From assembly GCA_036785375.1 (NCBI GenBank), contig JAWMAR010000325.1:186001-250000 (forward strand): a stretch of 64,000 nt of DNA. The letters run 5' to 3'. The first letter of the stretch is position 1, and every line of letters begins with the position of its first letter. Below the pieces are notes generated by a model, which was not told the origin of the DNA, searched no databases, and saw only the letters and a list, made by a program, of their open reading frames with translations. Of the stretch, positions 24,455-37,270 are shown piece after piece. The translations under genes were made by a program, and so were the position numbers. This DNA comes from Leucoraja ocellata. Lineage: Eukaryota.

Positions 24455-24640
24455 ACTTGAAGAATTATTTGGGAATTCTCCTGATGTTCCGGAAAATATT
24501 TGTCCCTCAAGCCACTTTGCTATGAACAATTGGGCCATTTACATCATTGCTTATGTTACAACAATGACTCTCCTACTAAAGTATTTACTTGATCTTCAAG
24601 GGCTTTTAAATATTCTGAGGTTGTGAGAGGATAGTTCATT
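24455..24640 (+). mobile_element. Ancient Deu-domain SINE relic (SacSINE1/AmnSINE-like)
   Basis: gggaattctcctgatgttccggaaaatatttgtccctcaa...ttacaacaatgact...ctgaggttgtgagagg resembles the Deu domain plus L2-derived tail (recalled consensus). Confidence 0.5.
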
Positions 24641-24771
24641 TTTTTCTTCTGTCATAAACATCTTACTAAACTAGAAAAAATGTTTGTCTTCACCAAGCTC
24701 TACCATTGGGTGGAGCTCCAATATTCAAAACTCAGCTATTGGGATTTTCAAAGAGAGTTCAATTTTTAAGC

Positions 24772-25068
24772 TTTTAGACTTTAGAGGTATAGCGTGTAAA
24801 CAGGTCCTTTGGCCCACCGAGTCCGTGCCAACCTGCATTCACCCTGTACATTAGCACTATCCTACACACTAGAGATAATTTACAATTTTTACCAAAGCTT
24901 ATTAATCTACAAGCTTGGAGCAAGGGAGGAAACTGGAGCTCCCCGAGAAAATTAATGCGATCACAGGGAGAACGTAAAACTCTGTACAGACAGCACCCGT
25001 AGTCAGGATCAAACCCATGTCCCTGGTGCTGTAAGGCAGCAACTCTACCACTGGGCCACTGTGCCGCC
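24772..25068 (-). mobile_element. HE1/V-SINE-like SINE
   Basis: Full-length reverse-complement copy; source of spurious ORFs 24774..25142 and 24902..25255. Confidence 0.8.
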
Positions 25069-25553
25069 CAAGTTCTGCAGCAGTCCAACACATTATTCTT
25101 TTTTGGAGGCATGATTTCCCACTGGAAACCACTTGAAGACAAGTACTTTGTTCTGCTTCATAAGTTATCACAGCCCAGTCCCATCTTTCAAAGTAACTGC
25201 TTGCTGTATATTGCTGTGCTCTTTCCTCCAGCAACTGCTCAGTACTCAGTGCCATATTCTTTTGGTAATCACTTGCTGTCCTGGTCTACATTCCTCATGG
25301 TAAACATTTAGTGCCTACTGCTATCTTTGTCCTTGGTAATCTTTTACAAGTTTGATGTAAATAATTTTATGCAACATTTTAAATTCAATCCTCATTGGTC
25401 TAGACTTCAACTATAAAAGGATTTGAACACTCAATATCAACATCACAATCATGTTAAATCATTCAAAAGCAGTGAATGATTTCCAGACCTTGATCAGCAT
25501 TTGCTCAGTTTTTCATGTTATCAGCACTTATTTGTCTCCCATTCACAACATAC

Positions 25554-25660
25554 CCCATCTTCATCTTCAATTATATCTTTGGCAATTGAGGCCAGCGTTG
25601 TCCACTTGCAGTTGTTGGTGGCTCTCACAGCACAGCGTTTGTGAGCTTTGAACTTACATA
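25554..25660 (-). CDS. DGKD: DGKD exon ~6 (C1A end) [36 protein letters not shown]
   Basis: 107 nt, cag|TA...GGG|gtatgt, phase 1-0; in ORF 25521..25733. Confidence 0.96.
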
Positions 25661-26435
25661 CTGTGAACCAGAAAGGAAAGGACACATGTGAGAGAAAGAG
25701 AGAGCGAGAGAGAGTGAGAGAAAGAATCATCATCAGCTATTCTGTATGTACACATGTGTGTTACATTTGTGTGAGTATATGTATGTTGGATAGCCACAAG
25801 GACAAGTACTAATGTTTTCATGGAGAGATGGGAGAAAAGGCTATGAAAGGAGACATGCACTAAATGCAAGTTCTCAAAACCCAAAGCCAAGCAAATACTA
25901 ATCCATTCCCATAAGGACTTCCAAGGCGGAAGTGTCAATTACCTCACATTTTCTAAATCAATAAAGCATCTCTCCTAATGAGGGGAAATCTGCCAAGATC
26001 TGCAGATAAAAAGCAAATTTCTTTCAATTAGAAAGAATATAACCAATACGCTCCAGATCAACATTCTATTCCTCTTTGTGGGATGAACTGCAAAAATCCA
26101 ACGTGCAAAGTATTGCACAAAACCAAAGCTCACCAATAATGAGATTATACCTACTCGATCTTTGTATTTTTGCAGTAATTAAAATGTATAGCAACTTTGA
26201 TTGTCCTCAATAGGACTGGTGGCACAAGGAGAGTGCTGAAAATAGCACATTTAGTATTGTTAACAGGATAAGCTGGGGCAAGAAGAGGACTGAAACAGGA
26301 AAGGGTGGTGTTGTTAACAAGACACATTAGAAGTAGTATAACCTTTAGAGACTTCATGTCAGCAAGTATTAGGAATAGCAAGATAGACAGTGTGAATGAA
26401 TGAACTGAAACATCATTTTTATATCATCCACTTAC

Positions 26436-26568
26436 CTTCGCAGGACAATCCATGAGATGTGACACCGGACAGAGCTTCTCGGCAGACGTTGCAATAAGTA
26501 GGCCGTGCGTGCGAGCAAGCGTACCAGTTGTGCATTCCTGAGAAATGGTCCATACTGTATTGGGTTGA
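26436..26568 (-). CDS. DGKD: DGKD exon ~5 (C1A) [44 protein letters not shown]
   Basis: 133 nt, cag|TCA...GAA G|gtaagt, phase 0-1. Confidence 0.96.
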
Positions 26569-29500
26569 CTGCTCAGAGAAAAAAACGTATACAAATATTT
26601 AGCAGATATTAGTAAAGAATTTCTTGCCGCCACTGTTGGATCCAATTAAGTCAAAAATAATCGTGGATTTGGTAGGAGCAGTTATCAAACAATAGAAAAT
26701 GTGCTCAGTTGTACACCATTTTGGATATCTTTCCAATGTAAAGTCAGCATTTCTTAACAGCCAGTTTATGTATAGTTTGACCTAAATGATCTGGTGATGG
26801 CCATAGTCCATTTGCGACACACGAGGAAAATGCAGAAGCACCATTTTGTTCTTTGCTCCAAAGCTGTGAATGTAACCACAGTTCTGAAATATACTGGTTA
26901 AATGAACCACAATGCAATTTTGTCCAGGTTCACCATCTCAACTGTATAACAATGCTGGTTAATTATTCAATCAGGATTTGAAAGTCTAAACTGGTGTCCA
27001 AAGGAATCAACAGCTGATTGTAGCTTGTGGGCAGATTGGGATGGTGAGAGCAGATGTGATGAATCGAAGAATGTGGTCAAATTTTATCAGAACTCAACCA
27101 TTATGTTTAAGAGATTTCAATGAACTTACTGCAAATAGGCTTTCAAAAATGTATTCCTCTGTCGGATTCAATCGTTTCACTCGATTAAATAAAGATTAGA
27201 CAGAAACTGGCAGAATAGTCTCTTGTGAGCATACTATGCTTACACAATAGTTAAGAAGTAAAACAGGAAAGGGGCAATTATGAGCAACATCATGAGCACA
27301 TTTACCGTGACAGAGTACAGTTCTCAAAAATGGACACGTCATGCAGTCGATTAGAGGAAGACACATTTAACTGCTTATTTAACTGTGTTATGAGTTTCAA
27401 ATGGTGCCTCACCTTGCAGTGAGAAACCTAGCATTCATAAGGAGATCGAGAAACTCATGGAAAAAGGCACAACTAATGACCAATATGGAAATTAATCAAG
27501 CACAACAATGCAGGCTGGAAATCCTACACAGAAAGTTTGAGAAATTAAGTGTCAGTGGAGGATAAGGGAGTAGCATTTGAGAACAAAAGGAGGAAAATTG
27601 TCTTCATGCCAATCCCAGACCTGTCACAAATGAAAGGCAGAAGATCCAGCAAAAGGAAATGAGATGGTAAACATCACAGAGATCTGCCTGCACTCCAGGC
27701 AACGGTGAGAGCCCAACAAAATAGAATGTGATTTTAGAAAGAAGCAAAAAAAAACCCCAAAAAACAGTTCTGATGGGGAGGGTGGTGGAACCACTATTGA
27801 AATACATTTTTCGGATGGCTGGAAGGATTCTAACTGGATGTAATCAGACAGGTAGAATAAAGGAAGGAAAATAACAAAATGTTGGAAAGAGATGTAGCGG
27901 ATATCCTTGTGATTATATTGCAATGGAATTAATACCCAGATTAAAACAATGTGGCAATAGCTCTGCACAGACAGGAATGAGCAATCTTTTTATACAGAAA
28001 TTGGTTAGCATACAGAAACATGCTACTACAAGGAATAGATGCATCTTATAACAGGGATAAACTTAAGGGAAAGCTGGATGAAAGGGGTAGAAGGATATGT
28101 TGAAGGCTTTTGATAAAGAAGGGTGGGAAGAATCCAATGTGGTGCACTGGCATGGACCTCTTGAGTTGAATGGCCATTTTCTGTTTTGTAAATACGTTGT
28201 AGTATTAGACAAGTAGAAGAAAGCACTTTTATTAAGTCATTTAAATTTAACAGCATAGGAAGCAACATGACTAATAAAAGACAACACTGGATTGATAATT
28301 ATAGATGGAGGTGCATTCAGAAGTAGGACAACAGTAGGGCATAAGACTAAGATGGAATTTCAAAATTCATGTCTAGATGTGCCACACAGTAACAGAAAAT
28401 CAGGGAAGTCTGGAAAAGTGATAGGCAAAATGGGATTACAAAAAATCCTAAACTGTTAACAAGTAAAACAAGTGTATTTGAAAAAAAAACAGTAAAGTAT
28501 ATATTAATTACATTTAACTTCCCCAAAACCTGCTATGTAATATACGTGAATTAGAAGGCAATCAAGATTACCTTTATTCAAAAAGGAGATAAATCAACTA
28601 ACCATTGGTCAATGAATTTAGACTCAAGATTGAGAAAAAAACACCGGGCTTCGTTGCTTGGGAAGTCAGCAATGGAAAGGATGGAATTTAGTTGAGAAGA
28701 TCAGCTTGCTTCTGTTAATCAGACCTGGATTTTCAATTGGAAAACAATTTTCCTAACAGAAGCAACAATCTTTGGGACTTCGGAACTTGTCAAAACTACC
28801 TCTCAATCTTAAACCTTTTGTACCTTTGGTTAACCATCTCACTGTTATCCCATCTCATATCCTCCGCATGTAAACATTTTATTCTTGTTGCTTTATTAAT
28901 ATTAATGTTCATGGAAACTTTGAATGTGCACTTATTAGTTCACACTGGGATTTCAATTTGCTCAATGCTTCTTTTCATGCCTAGCTCCACATATGGCAAA
29001 TAGTCACCTGGAGAAATTATTGGAGGATCTGCAGCCCAGCCTCAGACAATACATTAATGGTGGGTGAGGAGAAAAAGATAAACATTGATTGCAGCATGTC
29101 CTGGGAAAGCTATCTATCTCAGGCAGCTGGAAAGGATAAGAAAAAGAAGGTCCTTTAAAAATGAGAGCAAAGATTACAAATATTTCAAAGAATATGGGGC
29201 AAAGCTTGACACATCACAAACATCCCTGTTGTTTAGTTTCCAATAGAAATACCTGTGCAATTTAAAAAAAACACTATTTACACAACATATAGATTATACC
29301 TTGAAATAAAACAGTCCCCATAAACAGTTCTTGAATGGATGTGCTGACCACTCTTATGTTTACAACACAAAAAAAACAGCTATTTACCTTTGACATTGAA
29401 GATTCAACTGCCTTAACTGAGTCCTAGCAAGCCACCGGAGTTACATATTTAATTATTGCACTTATGGTAGAGGCAGAGTCGTTTCAACTGACTCCGCATT

Positions 29501-30144
29501 TAAATGCAGAACTAAGGTTCAGAAAAGTTGTGGCAACAAATTTAATAAATCTTTAAATAGCTTCTCTTTTATGTGTGCATGGCATTAACTGTCATAAAAA
29601 CCAATATGTTCACAAACATCCTACCAGGAAGGCAAAGTGCCATCTATATCTGATTTCACCAATATGTATTGCTAACAATGCAAATTCTTACTACCATCCC
29701 AGCAAACAGTTTCAAGGCAGTTTGCTGATAGATAATAAACATTGCCTTTCTAATGCCAGCTAATTTCAGAAACAAATTTATAAAAGTATAATGTTGCTAA
29801 TTCGGAATCATCATTCTAGGAAAAGGAAGATACAATAGGCACATTAGATTGCCAATACAAAAATACAAAAGGAGTGAATAGAGGATGCGATGATGCCTGG
29901 TTACAGAAAACACTTTTCTATATGGAGCAATCTATTCTCCTGAAACGTTTGAAGACTTTCACAGAAATCAGGTATTACAATCCATAACACTGTTTAAATT
30001 CTTCTTTCAGATTTGAAACCTTTCAGCTTACCTCTCCTCTCCTGTAACTGCCCAGTACTCAGTAGGTAACTCACTTGCAAATTACTGATTCACATACACA
30101 AATGCCTGAAGGCGTTGAAACTGCCAGGCTTTGAGCCATCTCAC

Positions 30145-30249
30145 CTCAAAGTGATCCCTGTTTTGGATCATTTTCATTACTGCAATCCAGTCTTCCATTT
30201 CCTTACGGTTTTCAGCACACAAAATTAACTTTCGGAAAGGAGTAATTAT
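30145..30249 (-). CDS. DGKD: DGKD exon ~4 (PH end) [35 protein letters not shown]
   Basis: 105 nt, tag|ATA...GAG|gtgaga, phase 0-0; PH C-terminal helix Trp present. Confidence 0.95.
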
Positions 30250-31403
30250 CTACAAAAGTAAATAGTACATTTCAATTAACTTGGGGGTGATATTTGGTAT
30301 TAGTGCAAAAACAGGCTACAAACTGTAAAAGATGCATAACATTCAATTTTTGTTTGTAATGCAATCGTCTGCTTACATTTCACTATATGAGCATGAACAA
30401 TTAGTCTTTAAATGCCAGCAGATTAGCTCCATACAAAAGGCTTCCAGTGCAGCACCTCGAGAGGAAGATCGAGCTGGATCCCTGTTTGTTTGCTCAGTTA
30501 GCGACTGAAATGGCTAAATGATAAGGGAATATAAGATTGGTCTTGGTCAAGGAAGAGCAGCCCATTGGCATTCATTGTTATGCTTATTCTTGACAAATGG
30601 AATAATTTGGGTTTGGTGTCAGTACGGCTATTTTCAACCAACAGCCAATGTGTCCTGGACTAGGAGAAATGTTCTCACTAAAAGTCTTTGCCATAATCAA
30701 AACATCCAAAAATAGAGCAAGTTAAAAATAAATCACCGCCAACATCTGTTTGGGATTTCAGCATTTCACAAAAATAGAGAAGGCTTTCAAATATACTAAT
30801 GAAACTATTTGAGGAATTAGCTGGAGCTCCAGCAGTTAATCCTGCACGGTGTGAATTCCAACAATCATCTCTGACAAAACTTTTCCCAGAATGAACTATG
30901 TAGTAATGTCTGTGGTCTTCTCATACTGATTGTGCTAACATCTCACTCAGACTTAAGCACGACTCACCTCTTGCTCATACTGTCAGCGTCTGCTAACCTT
31001 TCCATTGCACTGACAGGCTCTGCCCAACTATCCCTTAGTCCAATAGTCTTCCAGGTAAATGGTTCTGCAATTGCCTGTTTCTATTCTTATTTATTCTACT
31101 GTTGACAGAGGATAACCAGAAGCACACATGCTTTGCCTCGACCACTGGTATTTTTTACAAAGGATCTATCATTAGGTCCCTCATTATTTTTCATTAACAT
31201 GCCATGTTTCTACTTGATGCAAAAAGTATTGCACCAGTTTCTGTATGCAAATCCAGCCTTGCCTTACCAACTCAAAAAATCGTGAACAAGTGAGTGACAT
31301 TCAGTACAGGATGTGCAAAAATCTCCAATTAAATATCAAGAAACCTGTCTGAGGTCTCCACCACATACTGCGTTCCTCTGCTACTGATTCCATTCCTCTC
31401 CTT

Positions 31404-31554
31404 TTTTAAAAAATCAAAAATATTTATTCAAACATTAAAATAGTATTTACAACACCATAAAACAAAACAGATCCCACCACCATAGTACAAGACAAAACAA
31501 ATATACCAAGTAAACTACTAAACAACTACATTACAATTCTTGTCCAGGATCCAC
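31404..31554 (-). mobile_element. Short poly(A)-tailed retro-insertion (L1/Tx1-like 3' fragment)
   Basis: 10-bp TSD TCCTCTCCTT (31394-31403, 31555-31564); AATAAA and an A-rich tail on the minus strand. Confidence 0.65.
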
Positions 31555-32459
31555 TCCTCTCCTTAGCAACTATAGTATTTAAAACTAAATCAGACAGCTT
31601 GCAGATGTTGGTGCCATATGTGACCTTAAGTTGAGTGGCATATCTTATACCTGCACGTATGTAAGAACACCAATTTCTACCTTGAGAACCAATCTTTACA
31701 TCAGCTCATCTACTGTTCAGTCCTTATCAATGGCTTTGTTACCTAGTAGAACGACTGACTGGATTCAGTATTTCTATTACGCAAAAAAACCCCATCTAAA
31801 ACTTAGTCGACTGTGCCTTAACTCTGAGTGTCATAGAGAAGGGAGAGTCATAGAGAGATGCAGCAGGGAAACAGGCCCTTCGGCCTATTTAGTCAATCAT
31901 CCATTTACACTAATCCTACATTAATCCTATAATTATCCCTCTAGTACTGGCAACATCCTCGTAAATAATGTTGCAAACAGAAGTAACAAACCACGGGCAG
32001 TAATAAAATGGGACTTAAAGATTAAAATACAACTGGACTGCAGATGTTGGAAACCTAAATTAAGAACCAAAAATGGTGGAAATACTCAGTTGGTCAGGGG
32101 AAAGCTGTGGTAGAAAGAATGAACTTTTCAGAATGACAGCTCTTGATTAGAACTGAGAAGGAGAGACAAAAAAAAAAACTTAGTAAGGGGCAGGGAGGAT
32201 GACAATGTCCCTGACTGGGTAGTACCAGAGTGACCGATGGGAAATGCTGTTGAGCCAGCAAGATCCATCTCCTGTCACACAAATGGAAGCTAGAATCGCT
32301 TAGCTTTTGCAATGTCAGGTAGCCTCCATCATTCAGTGATCAAGTTCTGACAAGATTTTTATTGTACAGTTGAGTGACCTCAAGCTGAGTGTGACCATGA
32401 GCATTTCTGGAACCTCTGGCTCAGTTTGGGCCTCAGGGGGAGAGAAGTGAATTTTATGG

Positions 32460-32550
32460 TAGACACAAAATGCTGGAGTAACTCAGCGGGACAGGCAGCA
32501 TCTCTGGAGAAGGAATGGGTGACGTTCGGTTTGAGACCCTTCTTCAGACA
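32460..32550 (-). mobile_element. Penelope-like short element, hammerhead core degenerate
   Basis: Near-identical to 7013-7105 but GAAA and stem II are mutated. Confidence 0.7.
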
Positions 32551-32770
32551 AATTTTTTAACAGTTTGCTCAAATTATCAGCCAATAAGAGACATTTTAAG
32601 CAATTCAAGATAGAATTACTCTAATATTTTTCTAATATCTAAAAAATGTTTCTAATTCAGGCTTCCTCCTAGATGATTGATATAGTAATGCTGGATGCCA
32701 TTTTAAAATTTATTTTGGGATGGTTAGATTGATAATGCTTCATTCCAAAAAAGAGCACATTTAACAGATA

Positions 32771-33590
32771 CTAGACTACTAGAGATACTGTAGGGTCCCT
32801 GTCACACGGGAGGCCTGGTCCCCCAACGCAACCTGTTCCCCAACACAATATTCCACCACTCACCCGTTCCCTCAACGCAACCCGTTCCCCCAACACAATA
32901 TTCCACCACTCACACCTATCCCCCTCCATTCAAATCCACCCCTCCCTGTCCCTTTCTACCCCTCCTTGCCCATCACCACGGACCCCTTCTACCCCCCTCC
33001 CTACCCCCCTGCATTCCACTACCCCTCTACCTAACTCCCTCCCACTCTTTCCCCCTCCCTCCTTCTCTCTCCCCCCTACCTCATTCCTCTCTCCCCTCTC
33101 CCTCTGTCACCCCTCTCTCCCCCTCCCACCCTCATTCCTCTCTCCTCTTCCCTCCCTCATCCCTCTCTCCCCCTCCCACCCTCATCCCTCTCTCTTCCTC
33201 ATCCCTCTCTTCCCCCCTCCCCCACCCTCCCACATCCCTCCCTCCCTCATCCCTCTCTCCCCCCCTCCCTCCGTCTTCTCTCCACACACCCCCCCCCCCC
33301 TCCCGTGTTGTGGGCCGGGCTGCGGCCCTCCTTCTCTCCGTGTGACATTGCGGTGCCTGTCCTGGAACCCGCGGTATTCCTAGCCAGCCGGTAGACCGTG
33401 GGGCTCGGCGCTTTTACAATATACCATCGATAACTTTTACAATATACCATCGATCGGAACAAAACTTGTTGCACTCGCAGCACTGGAGAATAGTGAGTAA
33501 ATTGCTGTGTTATTGCGTCCCGTTTTTGCACAAATAGAAAAACCCCGCAAACTGGAAGAGCACAAGATCCGAGTTTTAGTTATGTATAGA
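32771..33590 (-). mobile_element. Non-autonomous Helitron-like element, 820 bp
   Basis: Minus strand begins A|TCTATACATAACTAAAA and ends ...GTCTAG|T, i.e. inserted in an AT dinucleotide without TSD; internal tandem duplications and a long polypyrimidine tract. Confidence 0.7.
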
Positions 33591-34266
33591 TTACCCAGAG
33601 TATCCAGGTCAATCAGTAATGAAACAAAATAATTCTATAAGCAACAGATTATATGACATTCTCCATAGATCATTGTTCAGTGTAATTCATCCATTCTTCA
33701 GTGCGCAGAATGATTACCTGCTGAACTTGGCACTCATCAATATTGTGGAAAGGCAAATACTGTGCTTGTAATTAAAAGGCGGGTGAGAGATAGATGGCAA
33801 ATGGGATGATCTAACTTTCAGCAAAGTGTAAAAATAACATGACAATGATATTAAAGGTCATTTACTATCCTAACATTAACCAAGACAAGAACAAGTGTTT
33901 CCTCCGCTCCCCTTATAACATTATGAAAGCACTGTTCCATCTGCTAATATAGCTGAACTTTTACATGTGCCATTTTCCCTATCCAAAATGTACAATTTAT
34001 TCAATTTCTCCCCATTTACAATCTATTGATCCATGGCCCCGTGCAATAATGTCAATTCTAATCCCTTGAGTATTAATGTGTCAACAGCCTATTGTGTGCC
34101 ACTCTATCAAATGTCTTATGAAAATCCATATACACTACTTTTGTTCAACCTTAACAGTGTGCAGAACAATCCAGGATAGGTGATTGTTTTACAAATTATC
34201 TCAATTCTACAGGCATTGCTGGTCCTTTCAATTTCTTCCAAACACATTCGGTCCTGTCCAATAAAA

Positions 34267-34532
34267 GTTTAGTTTAGTTTAGAGATACAGCGTGGAAACA
34301 GATCCTTCAGTCCACTGAGTCTGCGTCGACCAACCTGTACACCAATTCCATCTTACACATAAGGGACAATTTACAGAACCTAATTAATCTACAAACCTGC
34401 ACGGGAGGAAACTAAAGAAAACCCATATGATCACAGGGAGAATGTACAAACTCCTTATAGACAGCACCCGTAGCAGGATCAGACCCGTGTTTCTGGCGCT
34501 GTAAGGCAGCAACTCTACCAACTGTTCCACCC
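34267..34532 (-). mobile_element. HE1/V-SINE-like SINE
   Basis: (gttta)n tail, agagatacagcgtggaaacag...gacagcacccgtag...gcgctgtaaggcagcaactctacc. Confidence 0.8.
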
Positions 34533-34879
34533 TAAAAAGCTAATAGAAATTCTAGTACTTCACATCTTGATTAGGCAGCTTACAACTAACTTCCAGACTC
34601 AATGCTCTCAATAATTTTGGATCATAATCACTGCTCTTTTATTAATAGCAGATATAGTAATAATTTTGCTGTTCTAATCTGCGGCTCCTCCAAACATATC
34701 TTTCATTTCATTAGCTCATTCCTGCTTCCTTTTGTCTCGTAACATCATCTGACTTGCACATAAGTTTATATGTTTTGTGCGCTTATCTAATTTTCTTTTG
34801 TATGTTTGTTTCCATTCTGTATTGCTAAAACTAAAAACAAATGTCTTCCATCCCATTAAGAACTCTAACAAGGCCCTTG

Positions 34880-35505
34880 AGTGGCTTGATGGTTGTCTAG
34901 TCTGGATCACATAGCATCCAGGGTGAGATATACAATTGGCTTGGTGGAAGGAGACAGAGGGGGGTAGTGGTGGCATACCATGACATTTCTAGTCGCCCAG
35001 CTATTGGAAGGATGCCATTACGCTGGAAAAGGTGCAGAAAAGATTCATGCAGATGTTACTGGGATTGGGGGAGGGACGAAGGGCTTGGCCTTATAAAGAA
35101 AGGCTGGATAGGATGTGGTATTTTTTCCCTGGAGCTTAAAAGGCTAGGGGATGACCTTCTGGAGGTACATGAAATCATGAGTGGCAGGGGGATGGTCAGT
35201 CTATTTTCCAGGATAGACTAGTCTAAAACTGGAGGATATAGATTTAAGATAAGAGAGGAAAAAATGTAAAAGAAACCCAAGGGCTAATTTTTTTCACAGA
35301 TGGTAGTAGGTATATGGAAAAGCTGGCAAAGATGTAAAGGCAGGCAGAACTACAATATTTGAAATACTTGACCAGAGAAACTTGACAGAAAAATTTAAAG
35401 ATATATGGGCCACATGCAGATAAATGGAACGAGCCTATAGAGACATTTTGGTCAGTACGGACAAGTTGGCATGAAGAGCCTATTTCCATGCTTTATGACT
35501 CTATA
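34880..35505 (+). mobile_element. CR1-like LINE 3' fragment
   Basis: ORF remnant FSLELKRLGDDLLEVHEIM; CR1 3' UTR ending tatgactctat. Confidence 0.75.
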
Positions 35506-36789
35506 GACCTTTTCTATTGACCCATTCCATTTCTCTGCCCCTGCATACATATAAAACCTTGTACACCTCCAACATCCAGCAGTTTTGACAAGTGGTCATT
35601 ACTCTGCTTCATCCTCCATAGATACTCTCTGACCACTTATTTTCAGAAATCTGCTTTTTTTGTTGGAAGGGTAATTTGCCCTTGTTGTTCTTGCACAATA
35701 TTCTATCCATTCTCAATAACATAATCAGCAATGAAAATCAAGTTCTGATGAAAGGTCTTTGACCTGACATGTTAGTTGGTTTATCCTTCCACAGCTGCTG
35801 GTTGACTGGATGAGTTTTTCCAGCAGTTCTGTTTTACTATAACTTAATCAACTGTGCCAGGTTAAAAAGGATCCCTAGACCCTGTGGCAAAAGCTGGCAG
35901 AATCTGCAGAGCACCTCAATGAGTTGTCAATGCTAACATTTTCATAATGTTATTTCTCTCTTTGCACGCTTAGCGGTTTTTAACATTCACAGCTTATAGC
36001 TTGAATCATGGTCACATTTAGTATACTTAACCAAGTGGAAAGGATATTTCTTCATATCGGAAGTAAGTTTGATCACTGACCTAAAGATTATATCAGTGCA
36101 AAAGTTATATTTAGCATGACACCGGTAAGTATACGTGTGACTGCAAGCCACTTATCTGTATCTTCTTTTGCTTACATCCTCCAACAAACCGCATCCAAAA
36201 TCACACCATAAATGAATATACTCACGTTTTCCATTCAAATGTTTTTCAGAGCAATCAATCTAACATTATAGATTCTACCTGTTACCATACAATCCTAACC
36301 CCACAGGAAAGTCAGAGAAGAAGTCAGACTCTTCATCACTTTCTTAAATGAGCAACCTATTAAACTGAAACTACATACCCTAAGATCTATATTCCCTCAT
36401 TGGGGAAACATTTGCACACCATCTCCCTCATCAAGTCTCCTTGAATCTTTTTTAAGGAACAAACATGGCCCCATCTACTCAACAATTTCCTATACAACAA
36501 CCCATTCATCACAGGAATCAACTTCAAGAAACTTCTCTGAACTAGTTCCAATGCAAGTATATTCCTCTCTCAGCAAGGAGATCAAAATTCTACATAATAA
36601 CTCGGTGCGCTATTTATCAATACCATGTTTGGTCATACTTTCCCACTTTTCTATTCCATTCTCTATGCAATAAAGGCCAACATTTCTAAATAGTTGATGC
36701 AGCTCTATGTTAACTTTTAAAGTTTCATGTGGTTTCCTGCAGAAAGTGAGTCACCTCCTGACATTCCTAAATCTTTCCATCATCAGTCA

Positions 36790-37270
36790 GAAGCACTAAA
36801 GAATACTTTCCACTTGCCTGAATGAGATAAGTTCCAGAATTTCTCAAGAAGCGTGACGTGAATCACTTTGTTTCTCATACATCACTGTATACATGGATTC
36901 CCTGTATTATCAGCGCATAAACGTTTAAGAGCCTAATGCCTACAAATCGCATTGAAGATATTTGCTGAGATTACTAATAATATCTTCAATCCTGTAGTCT
37001 ATACCAACAAGTAGCGGAAGATCAAAAGGAATATAAAAATACCCTCGCCTACAGATTCTCCTCTAAGTCACTCAACATCCTGATTTGCAAATATATCTCT
37101 CCTGTCCTTCATTCTCAATGGGTCTAAATCCTGGAACTGCCAAGCTAACAATACTTTGGGAGTACCTCCAATAGAAAGATCATAAAGGTTCAAACAGTTA
37201 GCGCACCATCAGCTCAAAAGCAAATGGGATGGGTGATATATATTGGCCTTACCTATGACATCCAGATCAG
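36790..37270 (+). mobile_element. Old CR1/L2-clade LINE 3' fragment
   Basis: gaatactttccacttgcctgaatgag...ctcaagaagc...aaatcctggaactgc...ttcaaacagttagcgcaccatcagctc. Confidence 0.5.

Noticed and set aside
35740-35835. Additional hammerhead-like motif CTGATGA-AAGG...CCT-GACA
   Set aside because: GAAA is mutated to GACA; an old decayed Penelope-like arm, not a functional ribozyme.
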